Source: Antechinus flavipes (taxonomy: Eukaryota). From it: DNA of 64,000 nucleotides. The notes below the pieces were generated by a model. That model was not told the DNA's origin. It worked only from the letters and a program-made list of their open reading frames with translations, and ran no database searches. This document shows, in pieces, positions 18,523 through 32,699 of the stretch. The stretch's first letter is position 1, and the number at the start of each line of letters is the position of its first letter. The stretch covers positions 654,968,001 through 655,032,000 of the forward strand of contig NC_067398.1 of assembly GCF_016432865.1 (NCBI RefSeq), read 5' to 3'. The translations under genes were made by a program, and so were the position numbers.

Positions 18523-20200
18523 TTCATTTAAAGTCAGCACTTTTAAACATTAATTCCTTGGGGAAAGGAAAAGGAGCCACACAAAGGGACATGTGTGGGG
18601 GTAGAGAAAGGGAGCCAGAAGAAGGAAAAGTAACCAGTGGCTACTCCAAATTCAGACAAGAAGAGCAGCACCACAGGAGAGTAGGAACTACACCCCTATT
18701 ACACCTCTTACCACCCCTTGCATCCCGAAGCATTACCTCACTGTCCAGGGACAAGCACCATCCATGCTATGGGAGAGGGGAGGGAGAAGAAGGGGCCTTT
18801 GAGGAAAGAAAAAGGAAAAGGACAAGGAGCAAAAGCCCCAACCAGCCTTTGGGGGCAAAACTTGCTCCCAAAGCTACCTAGGGCATCAAACTGGGATTAG
18901 AGAAACATCATTCAGAGGCAAAGGGCAGTCTTCACTTCCCAGTCAGGTTCACTTTCCCTAGCCAAAGGGCAAGAGACACCCTGGGTCAAAGGAACTGTCC
19001 CTTCAACATTTTCCCAATAGAACACACAGAAAATATTTGCCCCACCACAATTCCCCAGGCACCTAAACATAGGCTGAAGCGGATAGTTCCAATAAAGGCA
19101 AAAATCAGAAAGTTAAATTTGAGGTATCCCTGAAGCATGGCCTTAGACAAGAACCTTCAGAGGAAAATACATACTCAAAAGCATCACACTGGTGAAGGGG
19201 ATGCAATGGGACAAGCCAGAGGTTTAAGTGTGATGTGGGCTGAGGGTAAAGGGAAACATGGACACTTGGATTTAGGGCACGTGGACACCAAGTTATTTTT
19301 TAAAAAATAAGTTTTAGAAGAGTCTTGCTTGCCCTGAAGGTGAGGGGTTGGCACAGATACTGGCCTCACAGCAGGCCAACCAGTTACAATAGAAGTCTCT
19401 GATGTTGGAACTCCCTTTAAAGGTCATAAGAATTCAAAGGGGTCCCAGAGAAGGAGATAAGGACATCTGGAGGGAGGGAGAAATAAAAGACTAGGGCAGA
19501 CAAATGTCACAGGGGAACCTTGGGCAGAGGAGAGAAGTCTAAAGAAAAAGTGAGGAACATGTCAAAACTCCTTTGAGCTCCAAAGTCCAGTGCCACCTGC
19601 CACTACCACCCACACTACCAGAGCCCAATATATTACAGGATGAAACAAAAGGGGAGCCACTAAGAACTCCAACAAAACCCACTAGGCCCCATCTCCAGAA
19701 GAGATGTTTCTGACAAGCCCTTCCCATATCCCGAGGACAAAGATTTCCCCAAAAGATACCATTAGCGTATCAAATCAGAGAGACCCCTAGAAAAGATGGC
19801 AGCACCAACACCGGACTTGGGTACAACTCAGGGAGAAGTCATTTCTCAATTTCCTAACCTGTCTTTTTAATTAAAAAAAAAAAAAGAAGAAACAAAAATC
19901 CTCCAACTATTTAGTTGAGTTCTTTACTTCCCAGAAGTGATGAGGAAGAAAGGGAAGGGTGGATGAAGGATTGGAAAGGAGGGTAATAGGGAGGAAAAAG
20001 ATCGAGAGAAACAGTAAACCACATACTAATAAGTCTCAGAAGTCAAGTGCTCAAGGTATAAAAAGTCTTGAAGAATCATCCGCTGGCGCCAGAAAGCTAC
20101 AAGTTTGTCATCTGTGTTTTGAGTCCTTGGTGAAAATGCTATTGTTCTTTTGCTGCGTTAAATAAGTATGTACAATGCAGAAAGTCCTTGGCGGAAAGAG

Positions 20201-21872
20201 TTATTTCACCAGGGGCCGGGTTTTGTCATCATCACTGCACTGATGTGCCTTGTATTTTTTCACTTCCGCCATGTACTTGGCCCAAGCGTCTCCTTTACTT
20301 GTCATAACCTGGGGACAAAAGGGGAAGACAGGCATACAAGCCATGAGGTCTAGAAGCAAGGAGCTTCAGGATGCCCAAAGCCCACCTTTCCTCCTAGGCC
20401 TTAGACCCTGAGCCACTAGATCAGCAGCCAGGTTCACAGCAGCCCAGTGTTTCTAGCCCTGAAGTTTGCACTTTGTGGCCACTCAGGCCAGCCAGTCCTA
20501 TTCCCCCCAGACTGCCTAGGAAGCAGACACTCACCTCATCCTCCGTCTTCTGCTTCTTGGCTACTATTCCTGTCTTGAGGGCTAGCTTGTTCCCGCCTCT
20601 CCGCTTGCCCACCTGGGTGAAGGGATAGAAGACTGCAACCATTATAGGAGCCCTGGGGGCTGCCCTGGCGGCCATGTAGCCCACTACACAACGGGACAGG
20701 GAGTCCTGGCCTTAGATCATCTTAGCTCCTCATGCCTGTCGTGTAGTACCAAGCAGTGCCCAGCCTGGCCAACCTACGCAGCAATCAGAGAGGAGCACAA
20801 GGGACTTCTCAGGACGATGCAGCCCGAACCTGCTCAGTCAGCCCCCGGCAGGGCAGCAAGCTGGATGATAAGCCTGGCTCCCACTGATACCGCCCGCGTA
20901 CCCCAGCCACATCCCCCGATCCCCAAAAGAACCCTACGGCTAGCCACCGAGGCCGGTACCACTTGGTCATCTCAATGGCCAGCCTCGGAGAGCCGTGGAG
21001 GCCGCAGCTCCAGCATCTGAGATCTCAGCATCAGTCTGCCGGGTTCGCGCGCATCTTTCTGAGGACGTCTCCCTTCCTTCCCCGCCAGAGTCCCTTCCAC
21101 GGCCTCGCCAGCCGCGGCACGCACCCGCCCGTCCCGCCCCCTTCCATCCAGAGCAGGCCTGGTAGCAAAGGTCAAATTTCGGGGACTGAGGATGACGACG
21201 CAAGCGGGGGCCCCAGGTCGGGGCGCTGCCGGATTTAAAAGGCGGGGAGGGGAAGCGCTGCGAGCGACTGCCCCATCCCGCCCTGGCCCGACCCGCACCG
21301 TGGCCCCGCCCGAGGGGAGGCCCGTGCTACGGGGCCCTCGGCGGCGGAGGCGCCCGATCTGCCCTCCCCCGCTCCCGGGATGGGCCCTCCCTCTGTCTGT
21401 CTCTCGGTCTGTCTGTCTGTCCCGGCGGCGCGGCGCGGCCCGTCCCGCCCTCCCGCGGGCGGCGGCTCCTTACGAAGCTGAGCGCCGCCGGGCCGGGCCC
21501 GCTCCTCTTCTTCGGCTCGCCGCCGCCAGCAGGGGCGGCGGCAGGGGCGGCGGCCCCTGGGGGCGCGGGCGGTTCATCCGGACTCTGCTGCTGCTGCCGC
21601 TGCCGCCGCCGCTCCTCCTCCTCCTCCATCTTCCGCTTGAACAGCTCCAGGAAGCTGCCGTCGTTGGCGAACAGGTTCACGCCCCCCGAGGCCGGGCCCG
21701 ACGCCGCCGCCGCATCTTCCTCCTCTTCCCCGGCTCCCGAGCCCGCTCCGGACTCGGCCCCGGCGCCACCCGGCCCGGGCCACCGGCTCCCGCCGCCTCC
21801 GCCAGTGCCGCCGCCCGCGGGGCCCGACGGCTCCCGGCCCGCAGGCTCCGCCCGTCTCCCTCGGGCCGCCAT
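20201..21872 (-). CDS. TRIR: Telomerase RNA component interacting RNase (C19orf43), 3 exons, 194 aa
   Basis: Exons 21474-21872 (MAARGRRAEP...GVNLFANDGSFLELFKRKME...LSF), 20535-20612 (VGKRRGGNKLALKTGIVAKKQKTEDE) and 20201-20308 (VMTSKGDAWAKYMAEVKKYKAHQCSDDDKTRPLVK*). GT-AG introns; start codon in a YY1-type AAAATGGCGGC context. Confidence 0.96.
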
Positions 21873-22649
21873 TTTGTGACCAGGTGCCGCGCAAAGGAAG
21901 CTGGGAAGGCTTCGGACCCCGCGCAAAGCCCTCCCTCCCGGCGGCTTGCGGGCAAAGGATTCTGGGAAGCAACACCCTTTCTCTCGGTGAACTCCGCTGC
22001 TCCTCCCACCTCAGCGCCTTCCCTTAGAGGGGTGGAGACCTCTGAGATTCTTTCCTCTGTCTCGGACCGCCCCTCTGCCTTTAGCCTGTCTGAGCTTCAG
22101 TTTCTCCATCTGTAATAATGTAGACGGAGCTTTACGGAGTCGGTCTTTCAACGTTCCATCCAAATCTGCCCCAACCATCCTGAAAGACTTGCACGACCTC
22201 CGGCAGCCCCAAGCAATTTATTATATAGGACGAGTGCCTCCTTCGGGCACTTTACCTGATAGGTGATCCGAAGCACATAGAACCTCTCTGAGCTCGCGTT
22301 TCTGCCTGCAAGAAAGAGAATAAAACTTGCGACTCCTAAGGTGGTTGTGCATATAAACGTTAATTATTATTGGACACGATGCTTCCCCTAGCTAGACCTA
22401 TTTCTTCAAGGTCCTGGCTGGTCTAAGGCGACATGGCCCCCATTCGTTGATTCACTCAATAACTCTTTATTAAATGCCTATATACAATCCACTAAACTTT
22501 GACCCCCATAAGGGAAAGAAAAAAAGACCCTGATCTCAGTAAGATTTTTTTTTTTCTAGCAGAGAGAACATAAATGAATGAAAATCAAGTATTAAGTACT
22601 CATCAGGTACTTACTATACTATACTATCAGCTTTCATGGATTCAATTAA

Positions 22650-23500
22650 CTTCTCAGTGCTGATGATTCTCAGGTCCCAAGCTCCCTTTTGACTTCCAGT
22701 CTCACGTGTCCAGCTAGGCATTTTAAACTCAACAGGGTTAAAACTGAACTCGTTGTGTCTTCCTTGATCCCTTTCTTCTTCCTAGTTTGCTATTACTGTC
22801 ACGGGTATCATCTTCCCAATCATCCAGACTCACAACCTAAGTGTCATCCTCAACCCCACATTCTCTTCTATACACAATCAGTGCCAAACTCCCTCTTTTC
22901 TGCCTTTCTAACATCGGTCAGATATGTCCTCTTTTCTCCTCTGGCACACTAGTAATTTAACTACTGTGCTAAGTATGTACAAAAGCAACAGTCTCTGCCC
23001 TCAAGGGTCTTTTAATTGGGAAAGACAACACATATTGAGGAATATGTTTGCTAAGGAGGAATATTTAAATCTAGGGAGGCCAGCCAGAGAGATGATGGGT
23101 GAAGACAGGACTAGAAATCTAAACATACAATAAATGTAGAATTACAGTGCCAAAGCACAGAATTTTAAAGCATTAGGCAAGTCATGATTGTTGACATGTA
23201 GTGCTTTAAGATTTACATTGTTTCTCAGTTTAATAGTAATGAGGGCAAAGAAGGAATAGTCATTCAGAAGAAATCTGGAAGGGTGAATGGAGATGTCACC
23301 TGAACTTGGATTTGGAAGATGGCTAGATCTCTGAAATTGAAGATGGGGGTGGGGAGGGACATCTGAGATAGACCATACAATGACCAAAGTTGCAAGCAAG
23401 TGTAAATTGTTTATATAAGGTTTAGCAAACAATCCAGTTTTGCGGGTAGCATAAGTGAAAAGGAATATTAAGATGAGATAAGCCTGGAAAGGTAGGAAAA
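22650..23500. mobile_element. L2 LINE fragments
   Basis: Typical L2 3'-region phrases (cacgtgtccagctaggcattttaaactcaacag; purine-rich reverse segments). Boundaries approximate. Confidence 0.5.
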
Positions 23501-26329
23501 GTAGGGGAACCACTGCATGATCTCAAATCCTGGATGCATGCAGAAGCTACAATGCTTGAGCAACAAGCGTGTGACTTGACATCCCAAAGCATGAGGGTGG
23601 GAGTTGGGAGTTAATGGCTCCCGGGTCCTTTTCTCAGCAGTTCCTTTGGCTTCTGCCCAAGTAATCTGAAGGACAATGGAAAGGTGCCAGGACTCATAAG
23701 TCAGAAGTCCTGACTTTAAGAAATATAATGAATAATGCATGAAACTTGCAAAGAGGCAGTTTTCAACAACAAAAATCCCACATTTATTACGCCTACACTG
23801 TGGAAGGTACAATGCTAGCCGCTAAGGATAAAAAAGCAAAAACTAGATCTGTTCTGTCCACAAAGCTTACATTTTACTGAGTGGTAGGAGAAAATAGGGA
23901 CGTGTACATATTTACCTATGTTAGGATAGATAGATAATAGATAACGAGATAATGTAAGGAAGGACAAAGGGTCTAAGAAGCTTTCTGGACAAATTGGCTA
24001 AACCTTGAAGGAAGATAAGTATTGAGAGGCAGAGATGAGGAATTAATTCACTCCAGGCAAAGGGGAATAGTTATTGTCTAGATTGTCTAGATTGTCGAAT
24101 GAATATCCACTGAGAATGTTGTCTTTTATACTAAATACAATCAGAAACCATTGAAAATTTTTAATTAGGGGCTTGCTGTGGACAGATATGTTCCTTTAAA
24201 TTATTTTAGTAGCTGTTTTGAGGACAGTGTGAGGGACTGGAAGCAAGAAGACCAGTAAACAATAATCACATTTTTTTCTATGTGCAGACTATGCAAGATC
24301 CCTAGGGATTCACATGCAAATGTTTCCTGACCATATGGAGCTGACACTTTACAGGGAAAGATGCCACATATACAGGGAACAATAAAAAGGCTAGAGGTGA
24401 TCACTGCTGGAATTAGTACTTGTGAGTACAATGAAAAAGAGAATGGCTCTAGAGCTGGGCTTGTAGGAACCTCAGGATTCTAAGAGGCTGACTAAGGAGA
24501 GAGAAGACAATATTCCAGAAATAGGTATAGTCTATGCTAAGGAACAAAGACAGGAACAATTGTGGGGGTAGAAACCAGTAGGCCATTTGACTGAAGCTTA
24601 GAATGCATGTTGAAGAGTAAAGGGAAAGAAATCTGTAGAGTGACCAGAAGAATTTTGTCAAGGGCTTTAAATATCAAACTCAAGTTTCCTGCTGCCATGG
24701 AACAGACCCAACTCTTTTACATCCTTATGTGATGGGATTGGAATCACCCCATTTTAGCTCTGATACTTTAACTAGGTAAGAACTTTCTGATGGAATCAAA
24801 GGATCAGAACTGAGCTGTGAACAATGCCTGTATATCTTCTGCAATCAGTCAAAGCCATTATGTCAGGGACTAAGTCAACCAGAAATAATAGGAATAGAAA
24901 TAAAAAAGAAATAAATGGAAAATACCATTTCAGAATTGGAGAGAAATTGTGAAGGTCTGAATTTGAGAGAATACAAGCTCGGCATTTTCAAGCACACCTA
25001 AAAGGAACAAAGGGACCTTAAGATTAGATTAGATAAAACATTTAATAAGCACTTACTAATGCCAAGCATCCAGATAAATATTAGGAATAAAAATGCAAGC
25101 AAAGAGAAAGATGGCTCCTTCACTCAAAGAGCTTATATTTTAATGGACATAACACATAAAAGAGAGTTGAAAATGGAGAGGGTGCTAAGTGCCAGGTAGA
25201 AAAGTAGTCTAGAGAATTGGGAACTAAAAATGAGCATGACTAGCAGGAGTATTTTCTCAAATGGAGGTTCTGAGGAATATCTCACCTATCAGAGAGCCAA
25301 GAAGCCCCTGGGGATAAAGATACCTCCTGCATGAGAAGGCTACTGGGGCAGAGTTGGAATGTAGTAAGAACTGACCAGAGAAGAAATATGCAGATGTCAT
25401 TGGCTTTCTAGGCATCCCAGAGAAGAGAATCCAGGTCAGCTTTTTTCCCCATGTTCTCTTGCTGATGCCTGTTTGGCCATAGATAAGATAATCTAATCTG
25501 TTGTTCTGTTACCTAAATATTTCCACTAAATTGAATTTTGCCTCAGTCAATAAGAAATCAGAGGTTAATTGGAGATGGATATAAATGTAAAGTTAGAGAG
25601 CCCAACCTCCACTGAGATGTTAAGAATTTTCCTAATTGGGAGTTCAGAGTGATTTGAACTAAATTCAGAACTTTTCATCTAAAATAAATACTTTAAAGGT
25701 GAAAGAGAGGAAAGCCAGGCCCTTAAGGGCCACTGTATATATATGTATAGCCTCCTGGACTTCTATTATTTATTTTTATCTTTTGTGATTGTTTCATCTT
25801 TGGTTGAGAATTCACTTCCTACTCATAGATAGAAGCTATATATAATCTGCTTCTTTCTAATCTATTCTGATACAGTTTTTTAATATTTTTGAAATTTATA
25901 TTTGTGTATGACTTAAGATGTTTGTATAAAACTAATTCTATCAGACTGATCTAAGTTTTCCCAAATAAACAATTTTTCCCTAGGTAATTTATGTTTGTTA
26001 GTTTATTGAACTAGGTTATTGAGTTCAATTATTTCTGATTTTCCCTTGTCCTGTTCCAAGTGAATTTGATGACTACTCAAATGAATGTGATCTCATTGAC
26101 TTGGAACATGAGATAAAGACTGAAATTCTTCAATGCTTTCCCATCCCATGTGATGTTTGTTCATGTGTCCTCAAAAATTTGACATAGACACCCACATTTC
26201 TCATTAAATATTGGCATTTGTTGCTATAGGAAGCTTTGACATTTATAATTTCTGGAAAGCAGTCTAGTTTGCTGTCCTCCTTTTTAATTCTAAGCTCAAG
26301 TATATAGTATATCCCTGATTAATATACTT

Positions 26330-27060
26330 TTAGGCAAGTTCTGTAGAGTATCCCTTGAGATACATGTTGAAATCTAGACAATAAACATTCTTCCTCCATT
26401 TTTTCTTTCTTGTATGGATGAACAGATCATACTACTGTAAGTGATCATAGATCTCTTCCATATAGCTTAACAATGGCTCAGGCAACCAATATCTCACCTA
26501 TAAACAGGAAGATCTGAATGACCTCTTAATTCATAGATAATCCCCTTCCTGACCTGAACATTGCATTGGATCTACCCCTATCACTGTGGTGAGCATATTT
26601 TTAGTGAGTATACCTCTCCTTATTTATGTCTTACCTAATTTCTTTTTCAATCAGAGGACCGTTGAACAGGTTTATTTCTGTTGTTAAATCTGACAGAGAG
26701 AATTTTAAGTGATTTTGATACATGGATGGGATACAGCTTTTAAAAAGAACCTATGAAATGACATTTTGTTCTATAGTGAAATGATTTTTCATAATTAATA
26801 GTAAACACAATACAACTTTATATTTTTATATCATTTAGTCATTGGTAAGATGGCAAAGATGTGGTCCATTGTTGGATATCATTTTCTGAAGTCTGACCAT
26901 TTTGCATTAATACTTTCATTGAAGAAGTCCTCAATTTGTGTGGAGGACCCAGACTTACCAATCATTTCCCTCCCCCACAGAGATTCTGTATAGATGAGAA
27001 AGTAGACATATAGCTTGATCATTGTGGATGCTTTCTTATTCAATCCTTTTGGGCATCAGT
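26330..27060 (-). mobile_element. Degenerate RTE-clade LINE ORF fragment
   Basis: Minus-strand remnants of reverse transcriptase motifs: MDHIFAI at 26849-26869 and an (F)xDDIVL-like relic near 26490-26510. Many stops and frameshifts. Confidence 0.6.
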
Positions 27061-27318
27061 TAATTCTGAAGTTTTAGGTTCCCCCCCCCCCCCACAACTT
27101 TGATATCTTCGTCCTCCTGTAGGAAGCATCTGGGTAGCAAGCACACATTGGATAGAGCAATTCAGAAAGATCTGAATTAAAATCTAATAACACCCAATTT
27201 ATAGAGCAGTTGTGAGTATCAAATGAGATATTTTTAAGTGCTTAGCTTAGTGCCTGGCATAGAGTAAGTACTTAATAAATGCATGTTTTCTTCCTTCCTT
27301 CTTTTAGATATTTTATAA

Positions 27319-27972
27319 GTTGTCTACTCCATGTCCTCAAAATTGCATCAAAATGTTTGTGGCAGCCATTTTTGTAGAGGCAAGAAACTGGAAACTGAAT
27401 GGATGCCCATCAGTTGGGGAATGGCTGAATAAGTTGTGGTATATGAATGTTATGGGATATTGTTGTTCTGTAAGAAATGACCAGCAGGATGATTTCAGAG
27501 AGGCCTAGAGACTTACATGAACTGATGTTAAGTGAAGTGGACAGAACTAGGAGATCATTGTACACAACAATAACAAGATTATACAATGATCAATTCTGAT
27601 GGACAATCAACAGATGATTCAAACCAGTTCCACTTGTTCAATGAGAGAGAACTGTGGGAACTGAGTGTGGCTCACAACGTATTCTTTTTATTCTTTTTGT
27701 TGTCGTTTCCTTGCATTTTCTTTTCTTATTCATTTTTTCACCTTTTTGATCCAATTTTTCTTATGCAGTAAGATAATTGTATAAATATATTTACATATGT
27801 TGGATTTAACATGTATTTTAACATGTTTAACATATATTGGATTACTTGCCATCTAGGGAAGGGTTGGGGGGAAGGAGGGGAAAATTTGGAACAGAGGGTT
27901 TTGTAAGGGTCAATGTTGAAAAATTATCCGTCCATATGTTTTGAAAATAAAAAGCTTTAATTAAAAAAAAAA
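27319..27972 (+). mobile_element. 5'-truncated marsupial L1 3' end
   Basis: ORF2 C-terminal remnant (MFVAAIFVEARNWKLNGCPSVGEWLNKLWYMNVM), followed by the 3' UTR, AATAAA and an A-tail at about 27962-27972. Confidence 0.85.
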
Positions 27973-28914
27973 AGAAATTGCATTGTATCCAAAAATGGAT
28001 CTCCTATGTGTATACTTAACCCAATATGGTTGGTTTTCCTGTTTTTATTCTCTTTAATGCCATTTCTACTTCATCTGAAAACACCTCAGGGATTGATAAT
28101 AGAGTCTGAGTGTACTGGTTCCAAATTTTTTGATGGAGAAGTTAGAAGTTTATTACAATTTTTGCTAATCTCTTCCATTTTTATTGTTTGTTGTTCTTTT
28201 TCTCCTTCTTTGAGTGCTTCAATAGTAATTATGCTTAGTTGGATATTTTGCCAAATTTTCTTGACAGATTTTTGCCTTCCAATATTTCTCTCTACTTTAT
28301 CAGATAATATAGTTCCTAATTGTCCATCATCCTTCTATAAAAGGTATCATCTTATTTGATGACAACAACCCTATGAGGTAGTCCAATAGCTACTAATTAC
28401 CTTAGGCAGGAATTGAACTCAGGTCTTCTTGATTCCAAATCTGCCTCACTATCCACAACATCACCTACCTTCCTATGTTCTAAACTGATGTTGCCTTTGG
28501 CAGCCTTCTCTCTGTATTTGGTCAGTAATTCAAATGTTTTCTGAGAAAGGCATTTTCTGGACAATTTTCATTTCCTTGTTATAGCAATTAATTTATATTG
28601 ATTTAATGAAATTATAGTTGGTATACATGTCATTTCTGTTGTCCATTTCCCATTTTCTAATTCTGGCAGATAATTTAAATAAATCAGAGTTAAAAACTTT
28701 TTAACTATATACTATACATTTTCCTCATTATTATTCTTTTCAAAATTATTACAAATTCTGGTCAAGGGTCTGACTGTAAGTCATAGAGAGCTAACAGAGA
28801 TAACTCATATGTGCACAACTCTTTTTCTTTTGTGTTAAAATGTAATCATTTTCATTCTATGTGATGTTTAGTGCTCACTATGTCCAGTACTTATCAAGTC
28901 TATTTTTATAAAAA

Positions 28915-29236
28915 CTTTTTATTTTTAAATACAAACATAGTTTTCAACATTCACCCTTGCAAAACCTTGTGTTCCAAATTTTTCTCCCTTCCTCCCTTCT
29001 GCTCTCTCTCCTATAGAGCAAGTGATCCAAATTAGCTTAAACACGCACAATTTTTCTAAGTTTATTTCCATACTTATCATGCTGCACAAGAAAAACCAGA
29101 TCAAAAAGGAAAAAAATGGGAAAGGAAAAAATAAGCAAGCAAGCAACAACAAAAGTGAAAATACTATGTTGTGATCCACATTTGATCCCCATAGTCCTCT
29201 CTCTGGATGCAGAGAGCTCTCTCCATCACAGGTCTA
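28915..29236 (-). mobile_element. Marsupial L1 3' UTR fragment
   Basis: Reverse complement matches the 3' UTR of the L1 at 27319-27972. Similar fragments lie at about 36440-36575 and 48130-48460. Confidence 0.75.
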
Positions 29237-32200
29237 ACCAATTGTATTTTTGTAATGTTCAAGATACATAGAGGTATGGGGGTTCTGTATAATTTACAAT
29301 TCATGTCATTGACCTCTCTCTCTGTCTCTTTTTTAACTTAACCATCCTTTCTAATATATTTCTCCCCAACTTTTCATTGAAGGCACCAAGTATCAGAGTT
29401 TATATTGGTTTGATTTGGAGAGTCTTAATGAAGTTTTTCATAGAATTTCTTATCTACTTAGTCCTCAGCAACTACTCTACCAACTTCTTTCTTTGCCGTC
29501 TCTTATTCAAGGAATATCTATAAGTCATCTTCCATTTACCTGCAACTTTCTTAGGTTTTCATTTATAGCAGGAAAATTAAACTCCTCTAGTAATATGTCT
29601 ACTTAATGGTCACTGAATTAGGATCTCAGAGTATCTGAGATTAACAGTCTAATTAAAGTTTACTGCTGATCTAAAAGTTGTGTAATTTTTAGCCCCATTT
29701 CTCCCAATCCTACCACTTTGCCACTGTTGATGTAGAAGCAGAAAGGGGACCTCACAGCACTGAGGTCTATTATTTATTTTCTCCAGTTATACAAGTTGCC
29801 ATGGTCAAAAAGGTTTCATGACCACGAGCTTAGCCTACTGATGATGTGCCTCTCCTCAGTTAGCTAAGCTGATGTTCAAAAAAGAGAATTCTCTGCCAGA
29901 GCTCATGTTCCTCTGCTATAGCATTTTAGAACCTGGGGTCATTTCCATGCCAGAGTGAGGCAATGGAATCACACTTTTATGGAGACTTTAAATAATTTGA
30001 TGATTATTGATTTATATAATATAATTTGAGGTCTCTCCTTTATTCCTACCTTTATTTTCATTATTTCCTTCAATTTTTTAGAACTTTTGTGGCTCCAGAT
30101 GAATTTCATTTATTTTGTGTTGTTCTTTAAAATGAACCTTTGACAATTTGATTAGCATAGCAATAAATCTGTACCTGAATTTCAGTAATATTGTCACTTT
30201 TTATATATTTGCTCAGTCCATCTGAAACCCAACTGAATTTCCCTTTAGTTATTTAAATTGTTTTTTATTTCTTTAAAGAGTATTTGTAATTGTATCTCTA
30301 TGGATATTGAGTGTGTCCCGATATTTTCTTCAGTTTGTGTTTATTTGAATGGGTTTCCCTTTCTATTATTTTCTCCTGAATTTTATTCTTTGTATATAGA
30401 AATGCTATTGATTTTTGTAAACTAATTTCATAGGCTGCAATTTTAGCGAAGCCATTAATTGGTCATTTAAAAAACATACATTTTATTAGCTTCCCAAGCC
30501 TGTCCTTATTCAGCATGCAGAAAGCAAACCTTCCAGGAGAGGAAGATAATGGGATTCAGAGCACTAGGAAATTTGAAGGGATAGAAGTGAAATTTGAAAT
30601 ATTCAGGAAATATGAAGGTCCAGAATGGCAGCTACTGGCCTCATAGAGTATGTCCATTTGAATGCTGGTAGGGAGATAGGGGAGGTTCTATCCAGCCAGA
30701 AGGTAGATTCCTAACTTTTCCTCCTGGAGGCTCAAGTTTTCCTGGGGGCTCTTCATTATGCTGCTTCTGGAATCTCTCCTAGTCTAATGCTAGGGTTTCA
30801 CTGTTCTTCCTTGAGTTTCCTGGTTTCTAGTGGAGCTCCAGGTGGCTAATTTTTTTTTTCCTCTTCTTCCTAGGGAGTTCAAGAAATCCTTAGATCCTGA
30901 TAATGCAGCTATTGCCACCAGCTGATCTGAGAATGCCGTTTAAGACACTGATAGGAAATCTAATATCCTGTAGACCCTTTTCAAGCTAGATAGTCTTCCT
31001 CCAGCCAAAGGAGATTATGTGTGAAAAATCCTGTCAAAAGCCTAGCCAAAGTATTTCTTTCCTTCCCAGGTGATCCTCCTCATGCATGGACTGAGAAGCC
31101 CCATTTCCAATTTTTGGATTTCTTCTATAAACTATTCCAAACTGGTTCTATCATAGATTCAAACTTAGCATATTTCAAACATGACAACTACAAAACCTCT
31201 ATATTTCTTCTCCAAAGTATTCTTCTAAGTCATCCTATTTCTGTTGAGGCACAGGAATTCCAACAATCACTCAGGTTCAAAATCTGAGTCATTCAACATT
31301 CTTCATTTTCCCTCAATAAATAAGTGAACCAGAATTTAATGGTTCAAGCTAGACAATGGAGATACAAAGACAAAAGGGTTCTTGCCCCAAAGCAGTCTGT
31401 ATTCAGTAAGTGATCAAAATATATTCATATTAAGGCATACAGAATTTTTTTTTGGGAGGGGGAAGGTGGGGAAGACAGCATCTATGGCAGAAGCAAAAAG
31501 CTTCTTCATTCAGAGTGACATTCCCAAACTTACTCCCTGCCAAAGCTTTTTTGAGCCTTTTCTCATTAAGTTTCCTATATTTTTTCCTCAGGGGAAAGGA
31601 TTTTGCCTCTTGCTGAGAAAAGTTAAGCTATTAACAATAAGTTCCCTCTTATATATTCTCCTCATCTCACAATCTCTTGTCATCATTATCAGTTTTTTTT
31701 TTCCATTTCCTTTTTTTTTTAAACGATAAGCTGGCCCTTTTCTTTGCAAAACCAAACCCATTCTAGATAGAGAGAGAGATGGTGCAAAGAGTCTAAATGT
31801 GAAAGGATTAATGATTAACAAGGCTGCAAAGATAACCTGGAATCAGATTGTAAAGGGCTTTTAATTCCAAACAAGGGATTTTATATTTTATCCAACAAGT
31901 AATAGGGAACTCCTGGAGTTTGTTGAAAAGGGAATGGCATGGTCAGATTCACACTTTAGAAATGACAGCCATGGATTGAAGTTATTAGTTATTTGAAGCA
32001 TGGAGATCTATAAGATAACTTCTGGGAGGCTGCTACAATAGCCCAGGAGAAAGGATATTTGGGTTCACATTGGGGGGGTAACTCTATGAATCAAAAGAAG
32101 GGGATAACCTTGGTAAAGTCAACAAGATTTAGCAACTGATTTTCACTCAGAAAATGAAGGTCATTTCTTGAGAGCTCTTTTTTCTCCCTGTCTTATTTCA

Positions 32201-32271
32201 CAATTCCCTCACAACATCCCTCATTCTCTTCTCCTTTCCCCAGCCTGTGATAGTGAAGTGGCCCTCTTCTT

Positions 32272-32658
32272 TTTTTTTTTTTCCAGAGATTTTTTTCTTT
32301 CTTTTTTTTTTTAATAACTTTTTATTGATAGAACGCATGCCAGGGTAATTTTTTACAACATTATCCCTTGCACTCACTTCTGTTCCAATTTTTCCCCTCC
32401 CTCCCTCCACCCCTTCCCCCAGATGGCAAGCAGTCCTATACATGTTAAATAGGTTACAGTATATCCTAGATACAATATATGTGTGCAGAACCGAACAGTT
32501 TTCTTGTTGCACAGGGAGAATTGAATTCAGAAGGTATAAATAACCCGGGAAGGAAAACAAAAATGCAAGCAGTTTATATTCATTTCCCATTGTTCTTTCT
32601 CTGGGTGTAGCTGCTTCTGTCCATCTTTGATCAATTAAGGCTCTCTTTATGGAAGAGA
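32272..32658 (-). mobile_element. Young 5'-truncated L1 insertion with an 18-bp TSD
   Basis: TSD tgaagtggccctcttctt at 32254-32271 and 32659-32676. Two T-runs (poly(A) tails) are separated by ccagagatttttttctttc. The body closely matches the copy at 63569-64000. Confidence 0.9.
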
Positions 32659-32699
32659 TGAAGTGGCCCTCTTCTTGCCAAGACAAAGTCCTTTTCATG

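Noticed and set aside
21192-22115. 307-aa plus-strand ORF and other long ORFs in CpG islands (11.5-12.4 kb, 21-22 kb)
   Set aside because: Low-complexity Pro/Arg/Gly translations expected from GC-rich DNA, antisense to or overlapping real exons.
24697-31050. Chain of exon-like segments (24697-24775, 29787-29937, about 30514-30650, 30874-about 31050) suggesting a decayed plus-strand gene
   Set aside because: The phases can be matched but were chosen post hoc. One segment has 5 stops in 50 codons, and I recognise no homologue. tBLASTx against other marsupials would settle it.
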